DNA of 64,000 bases. Source: Lama glama (Eukaryota). Position numbers and translations under genes: made by a program. The stretch covers positions 62,188,001-62,252,000 of the forward strand of contig CM052817.1 in the NCBI GenBank assembly GCA_028534125.1. Direction: 5' to 3'. Positions 53,518 through 64,000 of the stretch are shown here, in pieces. Numbering within the stretch: position 1 is the stretch's first letter; every line of letters starts with the position of its first letter. The notes under the pieces are model-generated. The model saw only the letters and a program-made list of their open reading frames with translations, ran no database searches and had not been told where the DNA came from.

Positions 53518-55374
53518 TTAAACATTTTCCCCTGAGTAGTTGACAAACATTGCATAAGAAGAAAAAGCACTCTATTGCCTCTAGAAATATTAAATGAGAT
53601 ACTGTCAAAGTGCTCTAGAAATTTTAATGTGTACACAAGTGTTAGCTAATAGTATCACTTAATTACAGGATATTTTTTCTTCACACATTGGTTGTAGCTT
53701 AAATTTTGAGCCAATCTCTACATATTTGGGGGAAAAAACCTTTAAAAAAAAAACCCTCCTGTTACATCATTTTATTTCTTCCAAAGTATTTTCAGATTGA
53801 GAAATGTAATTTTTTCTGGGGCCATGAATCATTATAACGTTCAGATTTTACATTAAAATATTTTACTTTGGTGTTAATTTATATGAAATGACATGCAAAA
53901 CTTCATGAAGACTGAGGTGGGGCAAGAGACAGAATGGCTTTAACTTTAACTGCTGATACTTTGCTATTTTTTCTGCCATAAATCTGTCATTTTCAAATTA
54001 AAAAAAAAACACTTCTCTATGCCTAGAGAAGATAAAAAATCAAGTTTACAGCATTCACTATTGGTAGAGTGTTTTGCTAATGAAACCTCTTTCCCCTCAT
54101 GGAAATGGAAGGAAAGGTAAGTTTATCAAGGGCAAGGTGAAATGTACCCAAGAGGAAGATATTTTCAGACACAAAGTTTCAAAATATCCTCCTTATTCTA
54201 GGTCAAATCCCACTCACTGTGTTATTTCCAACTTGAAAGGACACAAACTCCAGTGATTCTCAGAGTTCAAGGTGGGAGGAATATTCTGGATACAACAGGG
54301 GGAGGTGAAAAAGTCAGCCTAAGAAACCCTTAGGCAAGTGAAGATCTGGCCACCGTCCCCTGCAGGAATGTTTTGAAGGCCAACAAATACTCTACCGCTG
54401 TCTTCCCTTTATAAATGATTTTCACAGGCTATGGAGAGAGGCTGGATGTGGCTTTCAGCTTCCTTGTGGTCACTTGGGTGTTCTCACGTCCTGCTTCTGT
54501 ACAAGAAGCCTACGCCTCTGTGGGAAACCCCAGTGATCTCAGAAAGGAGTGGCAAGGGCATGTGGCAGGACAGTTCTCTTCCCTAGAAACCTAACTCCTG
54601 TGCTCTTTTCATGCAATCAATCAGGAAGGCGAGGTCAACAGGCAGCTTTCATTTAATTGATTCACTTATATTGATCTGGACCAGAGAACTGAAGTTGTGG
54701 GGAGACAGAGGGAGGAGCCCAGCGATCAAATCACAGGAAACCTAAACTGCTTTCAGTCGTGTAAAGAGACTAAACACACTCCATAAGCCCCCTCTCCTCA
54801 GTCACAGACATTTGGGTGAGCCACTAAGGTAAGTTTACAGTGATGTCCAGTTGGAAGTTGGCATGTGTGTGCACTTATGAAAGGTGAAGACACTGGGGAG
54901 GAAAAAACAGGAGTGAAAGGCCAGTCATTCACTGTGATTAACAAGACCAGACAGGGCCGTGTTTCAGAAAGGTTAACTGGCTACCTCCTAGGCCATTAAG
55001 TGCAGGCCTGGATGTCAGAAAACAGAAGGCATATGAGGATGAATCCCTCCATCCTTCCAACACTTAATACACCTTTGGTGTCTGACTCATTAGCAGCTGA
55101 AGCACTCTAAAGGTGATCTGTAAACCAGCTGACACGGAGACTTCAGATAAACTACCAAAGTTTATATCATTTATTTTGGTTTTGGAGCAGCCAGTCCTTA
55201 AAACCTAGTTCACAGAAGTGCTGTGATATTTTCTTTTTAATAGAAAATAAATTAAATTTCCATTTTGGCTTCATTCTTAGCACTTTGCCAGGCCGCAAAG
55301 ACTATTAGCAAGGGGCTCTCCCGTTTCAAAGGAGTTAGAGCTTCTACTGATTCTTCTGAATCCTACCTACTCAG

Positions 55375-55510
55375 TGTCCTCCCAGACAATACATTTCATG
55401 GGGACAGGAACTGTAAGTGTTCTGCTTACCACGATAGCCCTAGTGCTTACTGCATGATAACTGGCCCACATTAAGTCCTAAACACATAAGCTGGTTAATG
55501 AATAGATGAG
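55375..55510 (+). mobile_element. LINE-2 3' tail
   Basis: ttcatggggacaggaactg...ccctagtgcttactgcatgataactggcccaca...atgaatagatga. Confidence 0.6.
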
Positions 55511-58500
55511 TTTCCAAGAACACATGTCCATCATAGCCACGTTAGTGTTTTTCCCTAACTTTCTATATTTATTTCATTGGTGATGTTTCTATGGGTTACT
55601 TTTGATTTGGCATAGAAATAACAAAGTGAGTACCCTTGATCCAAGGTTCCTCAGCTGGATAAACAACAACTTGCTCTTATTTTGATTAAGGAGAGCCATT
55701 ACATGTTTTTCCTCAAGCTATTAGTCTGCTAGGAACATGCTGTAATTTATAAGCCCTATCAAAACCTTCCCTTTAATGAAATGAATAGGAAATTAATGCA
55801 GTCAGGCAGAAAGCTCTTTTAGCTAATAGTTTTTAGCACTTTCTTCTTTGAAATACTAGAGAGTAATTTTCATTTACTGGCTATTTAAGGAGGAAAAATT
55901 CATTCCCATTGAATCACCTCAATTGGGTTTACAACAAGAGGATGGTATACTCTTCCCTTTGGGCAAGCCATGTGCTATAACATGGAAACACACATTTTCT
56001 AGCTTTCTAATATTAATGGTTTTACAAATAGAACTACATGACCATCAGCAAATAAACTCCAAGAATAATACTATTTCCTATGGGTCAATAAGTATTTGTA
56101 GAATTTAGGTAATTCAGGTTAGAGTTAAAACACCATATTCATGGGCATTAAAAGAGATGTGATTCTAATTCTGCCTTAACACAGAGGTACAAATTAATGT
56201 GCTTATTCTAATTCTTGGGAGGTGCTTTGTGTTTGAAATATTGAAATAGATGATAGTACAATCATATTTTACTTCTTACAGATTTGTATGCAGCTAGTCC
56301 TCTGTTCTGTATGTGCCTGTGTCCTTTAAAAGGACTGGCTGGAGGCATATTTCACTGGCTCAGAACTATGAAAACAAGATCATTATAAAGGGCTTTTATT
56401 ATAAATAATCATTCTATAAATATGGTATTTATATACAATTTTACTATTTAATTAAGAAAACTTGAAAGGCATTTGTTTTTTAAGAAGGCTAACCATCTCC
56501 ATTTTACAATGTATTTTTTGTTAATAATTAGCTTAATGAACCCTTTAATAGCTGAAAGGTCACTTCCAGCCTATCAAATATAAGTTATTATTACATACTA
56601 AAGAGTGTAGAAATCTCAATCAGTGTTGTTAAAATTAATAAATTCTTTGACTCTTGTTAATACATATATATCTGAAATGATACATATATATCTGAAATAA
56701 CTTTGAAGTGAAATACCTTTTAAAATACTAATCTATAATAACTTCCACAAATATTAAAAAGGCAAATCAGAATCCTAGGAGCATGAGTAGGACCAAGGAT
56801 TCTTTTGTCCATTATAATTCCTTTTTCAGGATTCAGCTTTGAGGCAGTTTTGAATTTCACATTTGATACCACCTTTGAAAATATTTTCACAGTGATGAGT
56901 GACCTCTTCCATGTAAAACAGTTTTTGAAATATATGTATATTTACCAAAGCTCCTTTACTCTTATGTTGGAAATGTTGAAATGCTTATTTCTTGATTGGA
57001 ATCCTGTTGTGATGCAGCCATAGATAAATGCTACTGTAAGAGGAAAGAGATTTATTTCCTTCAGTTTATAAAAAAAAAAGTCAACTAACTATTACAAATG
57101 AATCCTACTCTTATGTTGACAAATTAGGGTTCTTAGAACTGGCCCTTTTTTTTTAATTAAAAAATTGTGGTTCATTAATTTGAAGAATACTTTTTATGTT
57201 TTCAAATCCTTACCATGGTAGTGTATTCAAACTTCACTAGTTTTGACACAAGTTAATGAGCATTTTCACTTGATCTTTTACTGATGGACATAATTTTTCC
57301 TAGTTTGGTTGGCTGTTTTATTATACTGTGGTTCTGATTCAGCCCTGATCACCTAGTCACCACTTCGGATCAGAAACCTTGCTAGAAATTTAACAAAAAT
57401 AATTTTCACATAAACACGTTTTTGACTTATACATAACTGCAAACAGATGACATAATTACAGAACAGCCACATGACAATGCATAGTGTCCAGCACGGGCTT
57501 GACCACCTGTGGATAGCAGTCAGCGTGTGCCCATCACCATTTTACCATTATTAACAATGGAAACAGACATTTCCATTGTCTAAAGTGTAAAATCATCCCC
57601 CATAACTTCCTTTTAGGGTAAAACATAAATTTTAGCCCAGGTTATTTTGAATATTGTAGTGTTATAAAACATTAACAGAATCTAAAATTTCTGCCCTGCC
57701 AAGACTCCCACACATCTCCTATCCCAGGTTTTTCAAGTGATGTTATGCTGGATTCTAACTAGTTTTGCATTCCCTCTTTTCTCATAAAAAATTCTTTTGA
57801 CCTTTATTAATATTCCCCAAATGTATTCCATATCTTAACTTCCTGTTGAGGAAAAAAGTTTAATTCATATATCTTCCATTATCTTCAAATTTGTAATTAT
57901 TGGACAATACATCTAACTTTTCCCTTTCTTAACATTAACAGGTTGACATTCATTTTGATTCTTATTGTAATTTATTGCCTATTAGAGTCATTTGGCATAA
58001 TTCTTCCCTTAATGCAATAAATTCAGTTTCCTTTTTCTAATATTGTTTAGCTGCCATGAGGACACAAACCTTCTGAGACATATTGAAGAACAGAAACTAA
58101 ATGAAATAAAAACTTTAGCAAATTTATTAAAAGGTACTAAAATGATAGACTAGTAGTCATATGATTTATGTACTACTTATTTTAATTTATTCTGCTCTTT
58201 TCACTTGCAGAATATACAAAATCATTTAACCAACTCTTTAAAAAAGCATAAAACAGCATGCCCTCCTCCCTTCTAATTTCTTTATTGTTGTTTAACTTTG
58301 AACACTGCTTCTATCCTCTCCCATTTCATGTTGCTTATACTCAGTGGAAATTTTTTCCCTAGGATCTTAAATGTAACAAAGCAACTTTCGTTTCAGACCT
58401 ATGGCATTTTCTTCTCTTTCACCTTAGCCCCTAATTTTCACTTCATATCAACCTAAGAGGGACTTCAAATTAATGTCATTAATCAATCACCACTATCTCA

Positions 58501-61500
58501 TATCACTAAGAATCCTGAAAATTTATTTCCTACTGGTTTTATAATATACAATTTTATCTCAACTCCATTCGTATTGTGCAGTAACACCAAGACGTCTGTT
58601 CTTGAAATCCCACCGGTATTTTCTATGAAATAATGAACATTCAATGTCTGGTAATATAAGAGGGCACTTCCTGCTTCTCACATCCTGGAAATGATTCTCC
58701 ATTTTTCTCTACCTTTCTACACTAGGGCTTCTTCCTCTTTCTTATCGCAAACAGAATTCCCCTCTGAGCAAATTTACCCACCACTCAGTTCTAAATATAC
58801 TGCAAAATAAACTGCAAACTTTAAGCATTTCTTTAACCTCCCATCTTCAAATCCCCAGTTGTCCCAATTGGGCACCTCTCATTTCCTTTTGACCTCATGC
58901 CTGTGGCAAATACGTATAAAGAACATATATATTTGTTATATGAGTCACATCTGTGAACCTAAGTTTTTAATACTATTCTTGAAAAAACTAGCATGAATTA
59001 TAATCATGACTATGGTATTGAATAATTTAGGGAGTATTTCATTACTGATTTCGTCTATTATTTAAAAGTGAGTAGAAAAAAGGTTTTAATGGGAGAAAAA
59101 CACACATTACTTCAAGTCTACACTCCAAGTAACAAAACTGACCTGTGGTTTCAAAAAAAGGCACTGATACATTAGAATAGGCAATAAAAAAATTAACCCT
59201 GTGCCAAAATTTAAAAAATGTATTTTGCAAAGATACTATATTTGCATATATGTGTGCAATATCCTCACTTATGTGAATCATTGACTAATTTCTTTGCTTT
59301 ATGTCATGTATTATGATGGCATGTCATTCTAAATTTGGGGGTGGTCTCAATTTTTATGATCTTTTCTTTTGATAGTATTTAATTTTATTTTTTGCAATTC
59401 CTTTCAATAAACAACTTCTGTATCTTTTTGAATTATTCAAATTCAAGCAGTCTAAAACTCAAAGGCTTAGCTTATTTATCCAAATATTCCTGATACTCTC
59501 CTTAAAAAAAATGAAAGTAACAATGCTAGACATAGCAGGGAATCAAAACAAATATTCACTCCTCAATTTCAGAATTTTGCTCCCTGCTTCAATTGGTCCA
59601 ATATTAGAATTTGATTTTAACTATTCACTAACAGGGAATAATTTATCGATTAAAAACAGTAGCAGACGAACAACTTAAGGCCCCCAAAGTGTTACCACCC
59701 TGGTACAGGTCAATAGAACTGGGCAAACAAGAGGCCAATTCAAGAGTTCCTGCCCAATTTCCTTCCACAACCAGGTCTTTATGAGCAAGCAGTCATGGAA
59801 AAGATCCTAGAAAAATAAACTGTGGAAACATTTCGGCAACTTAATTGAGATTTTGCAAGACTCTCAAAGCCTGCATTGTTACAGCCCACTCTCATCAAAG
59901 ACCATGATTCAGCTTTAGAAATGGTGCTATTCAAACCCTGCTGTAATAGCCATATATCTTAGGAATTTACTTCCTAATTATGCAGTATGCTTTATAAACA
60001 CTTTTTTTTGTTCTGTCATTAGGTGACATAATATTTTAAGCAAGTAAAGCAAATTGGTTTGATCACTATTAGGAAAAATTCTTCCTCAACATGTCTGATT
60101 TAGGTTATAGAGGCACATTGCATTTGAGTTCTAGAAACTTTAATGATCTCCACGTGAATGCATCCCTTACTATGGTGCTGGGGGGAAAATGTGCCTCTAT
60201 AACCTTGTATCTACTGGTGAGACTGCTGCTCCTCTACTTGAAATTCAGGGGATGTTGAAAAAGCAAAGGCACAGTTTCTGCAAGAAGTGAGAAACTATGT
60301 CTCCTGCAAAGAGGAAGCATTAAGGTCACAACTTTGATTTTATCTGTGTCTCTGAGGAAGTCCAAGAACAGATTCAAAGAACACAAAACTGAACTCATTT
60401 CAAGGGTGAAGAGTCACTCTCAAGTGCTTTTTTCCTGGGAGTGCTACCAGAGACGAGGACAAGTGCTGACTTCACTCTTTCTTCTAATATCCGGCAAGAA
60501 GAAAAGGATGATAAGCATGTTTCATTTACTTGCTTCACTCATCTAATTTTTATTTTCATTATGAATTCATTTTAATCTCAACAAGTGGCTAAATTTATTT
60601 TTATGGCCTTCCTAGGAAATGTAGACAAAGTAGAAAACGGTCTGTTATATGAAAATAACCAAAAATAACTTAGAAGCAAAATCACTAGGTGGTTTCAGAG
60701 TATTCAATTTTGGGGCAATAAGTTCAGAGCAACAGTGCTATGAAAGTATTTGTACTTAGAATGTTGCTTTTATCTACCTCAGATTTGGTAATTATCATAA
60801 ATTATGACATTTGACTGACGCCCAATAGTACAGCACATTCCAGTCAAAATATGTCACCAAACCACCAACACTGCAGGATCGTTTTTGCCCCTAGGTGATT
60901 GTGATGTTAAGCATAATACTCAGCAGTAATTTATCCTATCACTCACACATTTTAAAGTTGCTATTTTGAGTGGTCTTTGATGTAATAATATATTACGTGT
61001 TACTTTACACCAAAAAAAAAAAAGAAAAAAAACCCCAGCATGTTGAATGAAGGCTAATTGGAAAGAAGACCTAGCAAAACGACCATGTTGTTGGCCTACC
61101 CAGATGGTAAATCTGGGAAAAATTAATCAGAACTACATCCCCAATCTGAGTTTTTATTAATAGTCGTACTGTACTAAGAATAATAATGAAATAGAATAAA
61201 ATGCTTGCTTATGTATATGGCAGTAATAATATCCAGGATACATCTCAATTTCTTCCATTATTACTGTCTTCTAATGCCTTCCTTCTTAGAGTTTAAGTGC
61301 AAGTACATTAATAAATATAATAAGCAAGGTTTCTTATGATTGACATAAATAATAAACAGTATATGTATATAGGTGTACACACTCATGACTAGAAATTGCA
61401 CTCCCACTACCTGAAAATCATTATAATTTTATTTTGAGGTACAGGGTAGGAATTTATTATTTAAGAACCTAATAAATGTTGCATTTTTCAGTTTTCAAAG

Positions 61501-61759
61501 TTTTTACTCTCATGAATTTGAGACTATCAGGTATATCCCCCCAAAAGAAGAATCAATTTCATTTCTTCTCTAATATAATATCACACTGAGCAAATTAATT
61601 GACAGATGCCAAGGAAAGTGATTATTTAAACTAACTAAAGAAAATGAGCTAATGATACATCTTTAGATAATTAGGATAGATAACTGACAGCTGGTACCTC
61701 TGGAATGACGGAGTTTTTTCTAATGACAGCCAAACAGACCAGTCAATGAAATGACTTAA

Positions 61760-63100
61760 CCCTTCCTCCCTCATTCCAGCTCCTCCTCTCTCTCATTCCA
61801 TCCTCCTTAACAACATTGGTTGTCATCCCTTTAAATATCTTTTTCTATGTCACCTCTTCAACATTACATTTTCTGTTTTCTACAAATTCTTAATTTCCTT
61901 CTCTGATTTTTCTTGTTCTGCAGACTTGTAACAGTGAGCAGATTCCAAGACTCCCTTCTCTAACCTCAGCTCTTATCTCATACTTAGCCTTGAAAAAACT
62001 CACTTTCTCCTGATTTCAATCATTACATGGACTCCAGTTCTCCATGCGTAGCCATTTTTCCCTCCCAATATGCCATCACATGATTCTAGTAGGTTTCCAA
62101 CTAAAGAGCTTTAAAATTCAGACACATCATTTCCTCTATAACTATTTCTTCTGTTTGAGTTCCTAAGTTTTGTCAGTGGTATCATAATCTTTCCCATCAC
62201 CTTGCTCAAAATGCCACAGTCAGCTGTAACTCAGGGAACTCCCTTCACCTCCCTGGATCAATGTGAAGCCATCAATTAAGTCAAAATGTTCAGTATTAAT
62301 GTTTTCTTCCTACGGTCTCTGAACTTCACCACTTCCTTTCCATCCCCACTACCATCACATTACTTAAAGATATTAGTATCTCATATTTGGTTTTATTGCA
62401 AGAACCTCCTGACCAATCAATGCTTCTTCCAGTATACTTCCACTTGGATCCATCTTTCATATAATTCCAGTTTCATCTCCCTATACAACACTGTTTTTAA
62501 TACCATGGAATAGAGTTTAAGGGCGAAAATTCTGAAATCAAGCTGCTTGGGGTGCATGTATGCCACCCGCAACTTTCAGGAGGTTACTAATCTTGTTTAA
62601 GTTATTTGGTATTTTGTTGCCTTATTTCCTACCTACCACATAGGGTTGTTGAGAGAAATAAATGGGTTAATAGAAGCAAAGCACTTGAAAAAAGACAAGT
62701 GCTTGATAAATGATGGCTGCTATTATTATTACTATTATCAATTTCCCTATTAAAAACTTTTAACAGCTTCCTATATGCCATGTGATAAATCCCTTAACCT
62801 AGCATTTAGGCTCTGGAAAGTCTGGCCCCATATTAATGGCCCAGATTCAATGAATATTATTTGCCAATATGAATCCTCTGGTCCGGTCAGAATGAACTAA
62901 TAAAACATACTTGGAAATTACGTTTTCATTCTTTCTGTGGCTCACTATTGTTCCTTTCTTCACTTACTGCCTTTCTTTTTCTCTCCATCTTTACTACGCT
63001 ACTCATTCTTCAATGCCCTATTCAAGTCTTGTTTGCTCCCAAAATGGGTGGACTAGATGAGCATTTCTTGCAATTCAAAGTTTCTAGAAAAAAGGTTCCT
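61760..63100 (+). mobile_element. Degenerate LINE-2 interrupted by a MIR
   Basis: Pyrimidine-rich L2-like body (ttattgcaagaacctcctgacc; taaatcccttaacctagcatttaggc) on both sides of the MIR. Confidence 0.5.
62505..62740 (+). mobile_element. MIR SINE, near full length
   Basis: cctaccacatagggttgttgagagaaataaatgggttaatagaagcaaagcacttga...gtgcttgataaatgatggctgctattattatt. Confidence 0.85.
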
Positions 63101-64000
63101 CACCCTTGGACTGAGCTATATGTTATAACCCATCTTGGAGATTAATAATGCACTTTATTTAATATATTAATTAATATTTCGGGGTTAATAATAATCTGTG
63201 AGCTCCTACAATAAACAACTTTTATTAAATACAGTGTCCCAAATTTATTTCAAGATGAAACATTTTCTTCCTTCTAGAAAATATTAGAAATCTGGACATG
63301 AACATTCCAGAGTCAAGAAAAGAACTGAAAAGCTTTTAATTTTTAAACTGTGTTGTATTCAAAATTTCTCATTATAATTCTCAATTTCAAAAATGAGTTG
63401 AGATAAATCCTAGAGAACTGAGAATGTGGAAACTCATTTTTCAATCAAATAAAGGGTTCAACATATCATACCACTGGTAAAACAATACAAAATGTTTAAT
63501 AAAATGTATCAAGTATACTCCTGACCTATGTTACTATAGCAATTAAAAACTTTGAAATCCCAGAGAAAGATTTTTTAAAAGCTTTCTTTTAGTAACCATA
63601 AAAATATCTACCCACATTTTCAGCATAATTATTTTGCTACATCTGATGGTAGTTTGTCAAAGAAATAGAACCCAATGTTTATTAAAATTTTATTTTAAGC
63701 TTCCTTATCCATGGATTGATTTCATACAGACTCAGTTGATATTTCTACATTCTTTTGCAGACATTTCAGCCTTCATCCGAATTTCTAGGCCCCACCTTAT
63801 AGCTGGAAAATTCCATCTTTATTTCTATTATATAAGCTATAAATTGAAGCAAAGAAAAGAAATGCTTAAATATCAGAAACAATAAGAGAAAGAGATTTAA
63901 TAAAAATCTGAAGATTGACATCCAGTCTTTTAAATCACTGATTCAACCAAGGCTGCTTACTAAAAATGTATATACCCTGTTACTAATTCAATTAAAAAAT

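Noticed and set aside
56660..56698. Short tandem duplications (19-mer x2 here; 17-mer x2 at 31446-31482; 16-mer x2.4 at 20697-20735)
   Set aside because: Ordinary slippage duplications with no unique spacers, so not CRISPR-like arrays
60171..60303. Minus-strand exon candidate with strong acceptor (cttaatgcttcctctttgcag)
   Set aside because: Weak donor (ATA|gtaagg) and no compositional signal, so indistinguishable from a pseudo-exon

Overview
AT-rich, CpG-depleted mammalian genomic DNA, most likely camelid (camel/alpaca/llama). The evidence is a tRNA-derived Vic-1-type SINE at 16966-17101 and a young camelid-type L1 3' end at about 53427-53517. I cannot support any protein-coding gene: the supplied ORFs are short, resemble no protein I recognise, and several lie in repeats or N gaps. 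The window is mostly ancient repeats (L2, MIR, L1M, MaLR/MLT1, MLT2, MER5) mixed with unique sequence that looks like conserved non-coding DNA. It reads like the long intron(s) of a large gene or lncRNA, probably transcribed on the minus strand (inferred from LTR orientation bias and A-run versus T-run skew). The best lead is a 340-nt GC/CpG-rich, uORF-laden, non-coding exon candidate at 26175-26514 (-). Weaker leads are small exon candidates, a recursive-splice-like site, a G-U-containing hairpin and several perfect palindromes. One of the two assembly gaps is flanked by an exact 150-bp duplication that is probably an artefact. I found no convincing novel multi-gene system. Repeat family names come from recalled consensus sequences, not a RepeatMasker run, and their boundaries are approximate.
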